From NCBI GenBank assembly GCA_013152415.1, contig JAADGI010000018.1, positions 13,046-77,045 of the forward strand: a stretch of 64,000 bases of DNA, written 5' to 3'. The notes under the pieces are model-generated. The model searched no databases. It was not told the origin of the DNA and saw only the letters and a program-made list of their open reading frames with translations. The stretch comes from Gammaproteobacteria bacterium. GTDB taxonomy: Bacteria; Pseudomonadota; Gammaproteobacteria; HyVt-429. Of the stretch, positions 1 through 10,454 are shown in pieces; positions within the stretch are counted from its first letter, which is position 1; every line of letters begins with the position of its first letter. The position numbers and the translations under genes were made by a program.

Positions 1-2
1 TA

Positions 3-458
3 ACACGCATCCTCTGTCTGCCCGGCCGCTTCATGGAGATTGGCCGCACCTGTATCGATAGTGCGTACCGCAGCAGTTCCGCCCTGGCCGTACTGTGGCG
101 TGGTCTGGCACACATCATGGTGGCGCAGGACATTGACTATCTTATTGGCTGCGCCAGCATCCCGGCAGACCCAGGTCTTAGCTACGTAGCAACGGTGATG
201 ACCGAGCTTCGGCGGCGCTGCTACGCACCGGAGCACCTGCGAGTCTATCCCAGGGTGCCCATGGTATGCCGCAAGACCACGGCCAGCGAGTCTATTTCTC
301 TGCCACCCTTGCTCAAGGGCTACGTACACTCCGGGGCCATGGTCTGTGGTGAACCCGCCTGGGACGAGGCATTCAATGTGGCGGATGTCTTCATTCTGCT
401 GGAACGCGACCGCCTGGACCGGCGCTACGCCCGGCGCTTCGTACGCCGTGTTAACTGA
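3..458 (+). CDS. 3' portion of an ornithine-lipid N-acyltransferase-like (OlsB-like, hemolysin-like acyltransferase fold) gene, truncated by the window start
   Basis: The open frame runs from the window start with no stop. It is co-oriented with and 2 nt upstream of a PlsC-family acyltransferase, the classic olsB-olsA pairing. The family is assigned mostly from context. Confidence 0.45.
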   Translation, partial: TRILCLPGRFMEIGRTCIDSAYRSSSALAVLWRGLAHIMVAQDIDYLIGCASIPADPGLSYVATVMTELRRRCYAPEHLRVYPRVPMVCRKTTASESISLPPLLKGYVHSGAMVCGEPAWDEAFNVADVFILLERDRLDRRYARRFVRRVN

Positions 459-460
459 CT

Positions 461-1285
461 TTGCTCACTCCTACCCTTAGACGGACCCTGCGCCTGCCGG
501 TTCTGGGGGCCTTGCTACTGGGTGGTGTACTGACAGCATCGCTGGCCCGGATATTCTTGGGATCTTTGTGGTATCAGCAATCCATCGGCAGCAAGCTGGT
601 TACCGCCTGGATGCAGCAAATATGCTGGACACTGGGAATCCAGGTACAGACACACGGTATACCCATACTGAAAACTGCTCTGCTGGTGGCCAATCATATC
701 TCCTGGCTCGATATCATCGCCCTACGCTCGGTGCACAACACGGTGTTCCTGGCCAAATCAGAAATCAGGGACTGGCCAGTATTAGGTTTCCTCGCTGCCC
801 TTAGCGGTACCCAATTCATCTGTCGCAACAGGCCACGCGCTACTCGCCGGGCCATGGCCAAGCTAACAAATCTGCTAAGAGACGGGCGCAACGTTACGCT
901 GTTTCCAGAAGGCACTACCCTGGATGGCCACACCGTGGGCCCCTTTCATTCTGCCCTCTTTCAGTCTGCCATTGATAGCAAATGTCCAATACAGCCACTG
1001 GGACTATGCTATACGCACCAGGGCAGGATTGACCCGCTCGTGCCCTTCATTGGTGACGACCCCTTTCTGAGCCACCTGTGGCGTATCCTGGGGCGCAAAC
1101 ACATACAGCTCGATATTTATTCAACACCACCCATAAGCCCGACGGCCACCAGCCGAATAGAACTCGCACAATCCGCCCGGCAATGCCTGTTACGGGTGAT
1201 CCCACCCACGGATACGACAACAACGGACTGGCGCCGGCCAAACTTGAGACAGATGAGAATCGGGCAAACCGATGTCATAAAATAG
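461..1285 (+). CDS. olsA: PlsC-family lysophospholipid acyltransferase, putative lyso-ornithine lipid O-acyltransferase OlsA
   Basis: HxxxxD acyltransferase motif (NHISWLD) and an FPEGT motif, preceded by a signal/TM segment. It starts with TTG. The OlsA call is inferred from the adjacency to the OlsB-like gene. Confidence 0.6.
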   Translation: MLTPTLRRTLRLPVLGALLLGGVLTASLARIFLGSLWYQQSIGSKLVTAWMQQICWTLGIQVQTHGIPILKTALLVANHISWLDIIALRSVHNTVFLAKSEIRDWPVLGFLAALSGTQFICRNRPRATRRAMAKLTNLLRDGRNVTLFPEGTTLDGHTVGPFHSALFQSAIDSKCPIQPLGLCYTHQGRIDPLVPFIGDDPFLSHLWRILGRKHIQLDIYSTPPISPTATSRIELAQSARQCLLRVIPPTDTTTTDWRRPNLRQMRIGQTDVIK

Positions 1286-1322
1286 TCCTATTTACCGATG
1301 GCCGTCGTGGGGGGACTACAAA

Positions 1323-1344
1323 TTGTCACACTACTGTCATAAAT
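1323..1344 (+). promoter_or_regulatory. Candidate Pho box (PhoB binding site) upstream of pstC
   Basis: TTGTCACA-CTAC-TGTCATAAAT is two TGTCA(C/T)A direct repeats with a 4-nt spacer, 23 nt upstream of the pstC ATG. A further TGTCATAAAA half-site sits at 1273-1282. Confidence 0.55.
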
Positions 1345-1366
1345 CGGGGCTATTCTCACCGGCTCC

Positions 1367-3640
1367 ATGACTATCCCTGCCCAAGACACCTCCGAGGCCC
1401 TGCAAAAGGCCCTGCACAACACCCGCCACAGGCGATTGCGTGCACTGAAAGATCGCTTTGCGCAGTGGAGTATTGCCGCTGGGGGAGTAGGGGTCATCAT
1501 CGCCATTGTGCTGATCTTCTTCTATCTGGTGTGGGTGACCCTGCCCCTGTTTCAGCCCGCATCCCTGCATAAAACCGCTCAATACCCAGCCCCAGGGGAT
1601 GCCGATGCAGTCACACGGTATCTGGCCATGGAGGAACAGCACGAGATTGGTGTGCGCTTTACCGACCGTGGTCAGGTGGTGTTTTTTGCCGCCAACAACG
1701 GAAAAATTATCTCCCAGGTCAATAGCAAACTGCCCAAGAATATTGGCATCACCAGCTTTACCGCCGGTGCCCCTAACAAGGCCACCGTGGCCTACGGCCT
1801 GGATGATGGCCGTGCCCAGGTCTTGCGCCATGTTTATGATGTGACCTTTCCTGGTGACCACAGACTGATTACACCCCGGCTGGAAAACCCACTGGGAGAC
1901 GCCCCCCTGGTGGTGGACCCCAAGAAACACCCCCTGGTACAACTCGCCGTTCAGGTCGGTGAGGATACCGCCACCCTGGTGGCGGCCACCGATGACCACC
2001 GGCTGCTGCTGCTGGGATTGGAAAAATCAGAGTCTTTACTCGATGATGGGGAGTGGACCACGACCCGTACCGAACTCCAGGCCCCAGCTGCCCCCATTAC
2101 ACACATCATCCTCAATCTGGACCAACGGGAACTCTACGCCGCCGACCAGGAAGGGCGTATCAGTTTTTATGACATCCGCGACAAATCCGCACCTCGCCTG
2201 GTGCACACGGTTGCCGCAGTCCGTGACGGCGTACAAATCAGTGCCTTACAATTCCTGTCCGGGGGAATCTCTATCATGGTAGGGGGATCCGATGGCAGCC
2301 TGAGCCAATGGTTTCCGGTACGTGATTCGCACAACAACTACACCTTGTCCGCCATTCGCCGTTTTGACCCCCTCACCGGTCCGGTCACGAGCATTACCCC
2401 GGAGTTTAGCCGTAAGGGTTTTATGGCGGCTGGCCAACGGGGCCAATTCAATATCTACCACAGCACCGCGCACAGCACCGTGCTGCGTAAAACACTGTCA
2501 AAATACAGTGTAAACCAATTGGCGATTGCACCCAGGGCCAATGCCTTGCTGCTGGAAGACGCCAGCCAACAGATACAGTTTTACCTCGTCGACAACGAGC
2601 ACCCTGAAATTTCATGGTCCTCACTTTGGAGCAAGGTGTGGTACGAGGGTTATGACGCACCGCAATATCTGTGGCAATCGTCTTCTGCCTCTAATGATTA
2701 CGAACCCAAATTCAGTCTGACGCCCATCACCTTCGGTACCCTCAAGGCGGCCTTCTACGCCATGTTGTTCGCCATACCCCTGGCCATCCTGGGTGCCATC
2801 TACACCTCCTATTTTATGGCGCCGCGCATGCGCAGACTGGTCAAGCCGAGCATCGAGATCATGGAGGCCCTGCCCACCGTAATCCTCGGTTTTCTGGCCG
2901 GACTATGGTTGGCGCCCTTTCTGGAGAAACACCTGCCGGGGGTATTTTCCCTGCTCATTATTCTGCCCGTGGGGGTGCTGTTATTTGCCTACCTTTGGCA
3001 GTGCGCACCCAAATTACTACGTGATTGTGTCCCCGAGGGTTGGGAGGGGGCGCTCCTCATCCCTGTCATTATCCTGATCAGTTGGGCGGCCATTTCCATC
3101 AGCCAACCCATGGAACAATGGTTCTTCCAGGGTGATATTCGCAAGTGGCTATCCAATGATATGGGCATCCAGTTTGACCAACGGAATTCCCTGGTGGTGG
3201 GGCTGGCGATGGGTTTTGCGGTCATCCCCACGATCTTTTCCATTGCCGAAGACGCCATATTTGGGGTGCCCAAGCACCTCACCCAAGGCTCCCTTGCCCT
3301 GGGGGCCACCCCCTGGCAAACCCTCAGCCGGGTTGTCATCCTCACCGCCAGCCCAGGTATCTTTTCCGCCATCATGATTGGGCTGGGTCGTGCGGTGGGC
3401 GAAACCATGATTGTGCTGATGGCCACCGGTAACACCCCGGTCATGGACTTCAGCATCTTCCAGGGCATGCGCACCCTGTCTGCCAATGTCGCCGTGGAAA
3501 TGCCTGAGGCCGAAGTGGGCAGCACCCACTACCGGGTGCTGTTTCTGGCGGCAACGGTGTTGTTTGCCGCCACATTTCTGTTCAACACCGCCGCAGAAGT
3601 CGTCAGACAACGGCTGCGTAAAAAATACAGCAACCTGTAG
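1367..3640 (+). CDS. pstC: Phosphate ABC transporter permease PstC (long form with a large N-terminal periplasmic extension)
   Basis: 757 aa. The C-terminal half is a typical Pst permease with an EAA-like loop. The long N-terminal domain is as in Pseudomonas-type PstC. pstA, pstB and phoU follow it. Confidence 0.9.
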   Translation: MTIPAQDTSEALQKALHNTRHRRLRALKDRFAQWSIAAGGVGVIIAIVLIFFYLVWVTLPLFQPASLHKTAQYPAPGDADAVTRYLAMEEQHEIGVRFTDRGQVVFFAANNGKIISQVNSKLPKNIGITSFTAGAPNKATVAYGLDDGRAQVLRHVYDVTFPGDHRLITPRLENPLGDAPLVVDPKKHPLVQLAVQVGEDTATLVAATDDHRLLLLGLEKSESLLDDGEWTTTRTELQAPAAPITHIILNLDQRELYAADQEGRISFYDIRDKSAPRLVHTVAAVRDGVQISALQFLSGGISIMVGGSDGSLSQWFPVRDSHNNYTLSAIRRFDPLTGPVTSITPEFSRKGFMAAGQRGQFNIYHSTAHSTVLRKTLSKYSVNQLAIAPRANALLLEDASQQIQFYLVDNEHPEISWSSLWSKVWYEGYDAPQYLWQSSSASNDYEPKFSLTPITFGTLKAAFYAMLFAIPLAILGAIYTSYFMAPRMRRLVKPSIEIMEALPTVILGFLAGLWLAPFLEKHLPGVFSLLIILPVGVLLFAYLWQCAPKLLRDCVPEGWEGALLIPVIILISWAAISISQPMEQWFFQGDIRKWLSNDMGIQFDQRNSLVVGLAMGFAVIPTIFSIAEDAIFGVPKHLTQGSLALGATPWQTLSRVVILTASPGIFSAIMIGLGRAVGETMIVLMATGNTPVMDFSIFQGMRTLSANVAVEMPEAEVGSTHYRVLFLAATVLFAATFLFNTAAEVVRQRLRKKYSNL

Positions 3641-3648
3641 CCAGAAAA

Positions 3649-5343
3649 ATGAACAGCAACAAACAAGACCATCGGGATATGAATCATTCAGCCAAAAACT
3701 GGTTCAAGAGCGGTTCACCCTGGGTGTGGCTTACCGCAGCAGCGGTCAGTGCCAGCATCATCATGGTCGCTGGCCTGCTTGCCCTGATTGCTGTCCGTGG
3801 ACTGAGTCACTTTTGGCCCACTCCGGTAATGGTGGCGGATTATCATGAGTCCGACACGCGCACTGTGCACATCATCGGTGAAATACGGGATAGCGAGTCG
3901 GTGCCCCTGGCGCGTCTACATGCCAACGGTGAGACCATCAAAAGCGACAGTGAATCCATCACCCGCTACCTGCTGCGTGTCGGCAATCGGGATATACAGG
4001 GCCTGGATTTCCGTTGGGTACTGAAACCCAAACTCAGCCAGCAACACTACCCCGACGCTGTCATGGTCATTGAGCGTCGTGAGTGGGGAAATTTTTACGG
4101 TCATCTCCAGGCCATTAAGGAAGATGGAAAGGTCGTTAAAGAAGGCGACAGGGCCTGGGACGCATTACAACAACGTATCGCCCGCACACAAAAGATATTC
4201 AGTGAGATCAGGGAGATTGAGAAAGACGACATCGGTGCCATCAACTATCGGTTGGAACGCCTGCGCCTGGATGAGCGCCACATGGAAATCGCCAATAATA
4301 ACGATGCCGATGATCGGGCATCCATTAGCCGCGAGAGGGCCGTACTGCAGGCCCGTTACAAGGGCCTGCAACAAAAGCTGGTCCAATTGTATGCCGACAT
4401 CGGCCGAGATGTATTGGTCGCGAAAACAGGTGAGGGGCGAGTGGTGGATATCCCCCTGAGCAAGGTTGTGCGCGCCTATCGGCCCAACGCCATGAGTTTT
4501 TTAAAAAAATGCCTGTTCTACGCTGAAAAGCTGTGGGAGTTTGTCAGCGATGAACCACGCGAGGCCAACACCGAAGGGGGCATATTGCCCGCCATCTTTG
4601 GTACGGTGATGATGGTCATCCTCATGTCAATATTCGTCACCCCCTTTGGGGTTGTTGCCGCCGTGTATTTGCGTGAATATGCCAAACAAGGTCCACTGAC
4701 CCGCACAATCCGTATTGCGGTAAATAATCTCGCCGGTGTGCCCTCCATCGTCTACGGTGTGTTCGGCCTTGGATTTTTTGTCTACTTTCTGGGAGGCTCT
4801 CTGGACCAATTATTTTACCCGGAAGCCCTGCCGGCACCGACCTTTGGAACACCTGGCATCCTGTGGTCCTCGCTTACCCTGGCATTACTCACTCTGCCGG
4901 TGGTGATCGTCGCCACCGAGGAAGGCTTGAGCCGTATACCCAAATCGATCCGCGAGGGTAGCCTGGCGCTCGGCGCGACCAAGGCGGAGACATTGTGGCG
5001 AACAGTATTGCCTATGGCCAGCCCGGCCATGATGACCGGGCTGATCCTGGCCATCGCCCGTGCTGCGGGTGAAGTCGCACCACTGATGCTGGTCGGTGTG
5101 GTAAAACTTGCGCCTTCTCTGCCGTTAGACACCAACGCCCCCTTTCTACACCTTGAACGTAAATTTATGCATCTCGGGTTTCACATTTATGATGTGGGTT
5201 TCCAGAGTCCCAATGTCGAGGCTGCACGCCCGTTGGTCTATGCTACCTCCTTGTTGCTGGTCCTGGTCATCATTGCCCTCAACCTGACGGCCATTGCGGT
5301 GCGCAACCACCTGCGTGAAAAATACCGCGCACTTGAGTCATAA
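3649..5343 (+). CDS. pstA: Phosphate ABC transporter permease PstA (long form)
   Basis: 564 aa with an N-terminal TM, an insert domain and a C-terminal ABC permease core. It lies between pstC and pstB. Confidence 0.9.
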   Translation: MNSNKQDHRDMNHSAKNWFKSGSPWVWLTAAAVSASIIMVAGLLALIAVRGLSHFWPTPVMVADYHESDTRTVHIIGEIRDSESVPLARLHANGETIKSDSESITRYLLRVGNRDIQGLDFRWVLKPKLSQQHYPDAVMVIERREWGNFYGHLQAIKEDGKVVKEGDRAWDALQQRIARTQKIFSEIREIEKDDIGAINYRLERLRLDERHMEIANNNDADDRASISRERAVLQARYKGLQQKLVQLYADIGRDVLVAKTGEGRVVDIPLSKVVRAYRPNAMSFLKKCLFYAEKLWEFVSDEPREANTEGGILPAIFGTVMMVILMSIFVTPFGVVAAVYLREYAKQGPLTRTIRIAVNNLAGVPSIVYGVFGLGFFVYFLGGSLDQLFYPEALPAPTFGTPGILWSSLTLALLTLPVVIVATEEGLSRIPKSIREGSLALGATKAETLWRTVLPMASPAMMTGLILAIARAAGEVAPLMLVGVVKLAPSLPLDTNAPFLHLERKFMHLGFHIYDVGFQSPNVEAARPLVYATSLLLVLVIIALNLTAIAVRNHLREKYRALES

Positions 5344-5355
5344 CCGGTAATCAAC

Positions 5356-6195
5356 ATGAGCAAACCGACTACACCCACCCATGCCATTGATGTCAGCGCC
5401 CTGACCCACCGGGCCTCTGGTCAGATTGATTTCGAACAGGAAGATATCTGTCTTGAAGTGCAGGATCTCAACCTCTATTACGGGCAGAAACAGGCGCTCA
5501 AAGACATCAATCTGCACATACCTGCAAAACGCGTGACGGCCTATATTGGGCCCAGCGGTTGCGGTAAATCGACCCTGTTACGCTGCTTTAATCGCATGAA
5601 CGATTTAATCGATGTCGTGCGTATCGAAGGTCGCATTCTGCTCGATGAACAGAACATTCATGATTCCTCGATCAATGTTGCCGATCTGCGCAGGCGGGTG
5701 GGCATGGTCTTCCAGAAGCCCAACCCCTTTCCAAAATCGATCTATGAAAATGTCGCCTACGGCTTACGCCTACAGGGTGTCAATGACCGCAGGACCCTGG
5801 ACGAGGCGATAGAAAAGGCATTACGACGCGCCGCACTCTGGGACGAGGTAAAAGACCGTCTAACGGAAAATGCCTTGGGTCTGTCTGGCGGCCAACAACA
5901 ACGTTTGGTTATTGCACGCGCTATTGCCATCGAGCCAGAGGTATTATTGCTTGACGAGCCGGCCTCAGCACTTGATCCTATCTCGACCCTAAAGATCGAA
6001 GAACTCATCTATGAATTAAAAAATAATTACACTATCGTCATCGTTACACATAATATGCAGCAGGCAGCGCGGGTCTCGGACTACACCGCCTTTATGTATC
6101 TCGGTGAGGTCATCGAGTTTGGTGACACCAACACATTGTTCACCAATCCGCAGGAAAAACGCACGGAAGATTATATTACCGGCCGCTACGGCTAA
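5356..6195 (+). CDS. pstB: Phosphate ABC transporter ATP-binding protein PstB
   Basis: Walker [10 protein letters not shown] and signature LSGGQQQR. The length and C-terminus are typical of PstB. Confidence 0.95.
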   Translation: MSKPTTPTHAIDVSALTHRASGQIDFEQEDICLEVQDLNLYYGQKQALKDINLHIPAKRVTAYIGPSGCGKSTLLRCFNRMNDLIDVVRIEGRILLDEQNIHDSSINVADLRRRVGMVFQKPNPFPKSIYENVAYGLRLQGVNDRRTLDEAIEKALRRAALWDEVKDRLTENALGLSGGQQQRLVIARAIAIEPEVLLLDEPASALDPISTLKIEELIYELKNNYTIVIVTHNMQQAARVSDYTAFMYLGEVIEFGDTNTLFTNPQEKRTEDYITGRYG

Positions 6196-6234
6196 CACCC
6201 CAGGCAAACTTATTGGTACAGAGGTTTATCGACA

Positions 6235-6951
6235 ATGGAAAAGGGCGACATCGGACACCACATATCACAACAATTCAACGCCGAACTGGAAGATATTCGT
6301 AACCGTGTTCTTGGCATGGGTGGATTGGTTGAACAACAACTGGCTGAGGCAATACTGTCTCTGATTGAGGCAGATCGCGATATAGCCGAACGCGTCATCA
6401 CAACCGACTACCAGGTCAACGCCCTTGAGGTCTCTATTGACGAGGAATGCACAAAGATTCTTGCCCGTCGGCAACCGGCAGCCAGTGATCTGCGACTTGT
6501 CATCGCCGTTATCAAGACTATCACTGATCTGGAACGTATCGGCGATGAGGCGGAACGTATCAGCCGCATGACCCTGTATTTAAGCGATGACGCAAAACTC
6601 AATAAGGCACTGTATGTGGAAATTGAACATATGGGTAATCATGTTCGCAAAATGCTGCATGATGCCCTGGATGCCTTTGCCCGAATGGATGTGGAAGTTG
6701 CGCTCAATACCGCCCGTGAAGATGAAAAAGTTGACCGTGAGTATGAGAGCATCATGCGCCAACTCATGACATATATGATGGAAGACCCTCGATCAATTCC
6801 ACACGTTCTTAATGTAATGTGGTCGGCCCGTGCACTGGAGCGTATTGGTGACCGCTCCTGTAATATCTGTGAATATGTAATCTATCTGGTCAAGGGAAAG
6901 GATGTTCGTCACGTCAGCATGGAACAAATGGAAAAAGACGCCCAGCCCTAA
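6235..6951 (+). CDS. phoU: Phosphate signalling complex protein PhoU
   Basis: 238 aa with two PhoU repeats (E/DxxxD motifs), directly after pstB. Confidence 0.9.
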   Translation: MEKGDIGHHISQQFNAELEDIRNRVLGMGGLVEQQLAEAILSLIEADRDIAERVITTDYQVNALEVSIDEECTKILARRQPAASDLRLVIAVIKTITDLERIGDEAERISRMTLYLSDDAKLNKALYVEIEHMGNHVRKMLHDALDAFARMDVEVALNTAREDEKVDREYESIMRQLMTYMMEDPRSIPHVLNVMWSARALERIGDRSCNICEYVIYLVKGKDVRHVSMEQMEKDAQP

Positions 6952-6997
6952 AAAAAGCAGCCGGTAAGCCCGTGACAAACAACCAGGGGACTTATTT

Positions 6998-8263
6998 CTA
7001 GGTCAGAAATATCCCTTTAAACATAAAGAAAAACATGATGGACAGACCGGCGCCCGCAGGTAGGGTAATGGCCCAGGACATAAAGATACTGCCGACAACG
7101 CGCAGGTTCAAGGCCGCTATACCTCGTGCGAAACCCACACCCAACACTGCACCCACCAGGGTGTGGGTGGTGGAAATAGGCATACCGGTATAGGAGGCCA
7201 TCACCACGGTCCCGGCCGCTGCAATCTCCGCAGCAAACCCACGGCTGGGTGTCAATTCTGTAATTTGACGCCCCACCGTGCGCATGACCCGGTAACCAAA
7301 GGTTGCCAGCCCCAGCACAATGCCTGCACCCCCCAACAGTAATACCCAGGGAGGTAAAACGGACTGCTGCAACACTTCACCCGTCGTGGCCACACTTACT
7401 ATCGCCGCCACTGGACCCACCGCATTGGCCACATCATTTGAACCATGGGCAAAGGCCATGGCCGATGCGGTAAAGATCATCATCAAACCGAAGACCTTCT
7501 CTACATTGGTATAGTGGAATTTACGGTCTGCCTTGGGGTCCATTTTGATGCGCCGAATCATAAGTCCACCAATAAAAGCAATGCCCAAACCCAGGCTGAC
7601 GGCCACCAAGAAGGCTTCACCATTACCAATATCCAGGCCCACATGCTTCAGCCCCTTCTTGATGGTAACCATGGCGATAAGAAAACCTACGGCAAATAAA
7701 TATAGGGGACCGTATCGCTTGGCATTTTCAAAGGGACGCTCGGTATTAAGTATCAATTTTTGAACACTGGTAAAGATCATGTAAGACAAGATACCGGCAA
7801 ACAGCGGCGACGCCACCCAACTCAGGACAATGGTCCCGACCTTGCCCCACTGCACCGCATCGACGTCCACACCAACAGCGGCAAAACCCACTACCGCACC
7901 CACGATAGTGTGGGTGGTGGATACGGGCCAACCGTTTCGCGACGCAATGAGCAGCCAGGTCGCCGCCGCCAGTAAAGCGGCGAGCATGCCATACACCAAT
8001 ATATCGGGTGATGCCTGGCAGCCCACACAAAAAACATCCGAATCAATGATGCCCTTACGTATGGTCTTCGTCACCTGCCCCCCGGCCAGATAGGCACCGG
8101 CAAATTCGAAGATTGCGGCAATAATGATGGCCTTTTTTACAGTTAAGGCCCGAGAACCTACCGACGTTGCCATGGCATTGGCGACGTCATTGGCGCCGAT
8201 ACCCCAAGCCATAAACAAACCAAATACACCGGCCAGAATGATATAAATTGTCATCTGATCCAC
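6998..8263 (-). CDS. Inorganic phosphate transporter, PiT family
   Basis: GANDVANA motifs in both halves and about 10 TM segments. Confidence 0.9.
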   Translation of the reverse strand: MDQMTIYIILAGVFGLFMAWGIGANDVANAMATSVGSRALTVKKAIIIAAIFEFAGAYLAGGQVTKTIRKGIIDSDVFCVGCQASPDILVYGMLAALLAAATWLLIASRNGWPVSTTHTIVGAVVGFAAVGVDVDAVQWGKVGTIVLSWVASPLFAGILSYMIFTSVQKLILNTERPFENAKRYGPLYLFAVGFLIAMVTIKKGLKHVGLDIGNGEAFLVAVSLGLGIAFIGGLMIRRIKMDPKADRKFHYTNVEKVFGLMMIFTASAMAFAHGSNDVANAVGPVAAIVSVATTGEVLQQSVLPPWVLLLGGAGIVLGLATFGYRVMRTVGRQITELTPSRGFAAEIAAAGTVVMASYTGMPISTTHTLVGAVLGVGFARGIAALNLRVVGSIFMSWAITLPAGAGLSIMFFFMFKGIFLT

Positions 8264-8278
8264 TGTTGTCTCCCCCCC

Positions 8279-8971
8279 CTATTTGGCCAACAACAATTGC
8301 AAACGACTGCCCACTTTTTCAGCGTAGTCGCCCACATTACCAATCCATTCCAGGAGCCTATAGGTGAACATAACATCTGTGGGTCTTAGGTCGTCTTCCA
8401 TAGCAAATAGCATATCGCGTAGCTCGACTTGATTTTTATCGGTCTCACTTTCGATGGTATTAATCTCTGTTATCATCTCTTCCACGCGTTCTACTTCGAG
8501 ACCGCGAAAACCAGTCTCCAACAATTCATCCAACTCATTAATCACATCCAGAGCCTTAGCCACGGCATTGATACTGCAATCACCATATTGCAGAAACAGT
8601 GTGTGCATGGCCTTGGGAACAGTCATCTTTCGACCCACAATCAGACCAGCGATATCTTTTGCCCGATTGGCGATATTGTCTTGCATCAACAACAATTCGA
8701 GCAGGTCGCGGCGATCAATAGGCATAAACAGCCCTTTGGGCAGGTGATTGCGCAACTCTTTTTTCATTGAATCGGCATCGTTCTCCAGCTGGCTGATAAT
8801 GCGCTGGATTCTTCTCACCTCATCTTGATCATCGTCCACCATGGCCTGCAACAGAGGCTTTAACTGGGAAACACACCCAAACACCTTGCTCATGTGCTCT
8901 TGCAAGGGACGTATAGGTGAACGACCAAAGAGGTTTGTCAGATAACTATTGGCCACCGTAGTGTCCTCCAA
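8279..8971 (-). CDS. DUF47 / TIGR00153 family protein (PhoU-like partner of PiT)
   Basis: 230-aa helical protein immediately upstream of and co-directional with the PiT gene. This pairing is conserved. Confidence 0.75.
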   Translation of the reverse strand: MEDTTVANSYLTNLFGRSPIRPLQEHMSKVFGCVSQLKPLLQAMVDDDQDEVRRIQRIISQLENDADSMKKELRNHLPKGLFMPIDRRDLLELLLMQDNIANRAKDIAGLIVGRKMTVPKAMHTLFLQYGDCSINAVAKALDVINELDELLETGFRGLEVERVEEMITEINTIESETDKNQVELRDMLFAMEDDLRPTDVMFTYRLLEWIGNVGDYAEKVGSRLQLLLAK

Positions 8972-9345
8972 ATATTTTGGAATGAAGGGCGCACCCCGCT
9001 ATAGCAGCCACATTCTTAGGTGCTTGAAGCGCCCAATCTGGATCATGGGGTACGGTGAGTCTCGTCTTCTGTCGACGCGTAACATGGATGGGCCATAAGG
9101 TCACACAAGATAAAGACCGACAACAAAGTTGTTTTGAAGAAAAGGAAGAAAACTGCCGACTGACAACATCTACGCCAGCTTGATTTCCAGAAAGTATAAA
9201 ATATTTTTTTATCATGTCTTTTACAAGTACCGCCCCCAGTGCCCCGTGATGCTGCCTACCGGCACTCTGACCTGCTTTTAGCCCCTGCAATTGGCGCGCA
9301 GTATACATTCACACCAACCGAACACAAACCCTGGCTAAGTAGAAA

Positions 9346-10380
<1,035 letters not shown>

Positions 10381-10454
10381 TCAACCTGGAGAGCACATCA
10401 TGGCCTGGCCCCGGAGCAAAAATCAAAGAGGACGCCATCAACCCAGCCCAATGG

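Noticed and set aside
1337-3610. Several minus-strand ORFs (220 aa, 178 aa, 153 aa) inside pstC.
   Set aside because: They are antisense to a well-supported ABC permease gene in a GC-rich frame. These are typical spurious long ORFs.
8946-9308. 120-aa minus-strand ORF in the hemB to DUF47 intergenic region.
   Set aside because: No RBS. It overlaps the likely promoter region of the DUF47-PiT operon and has an unusual composition. Probably non-coding.
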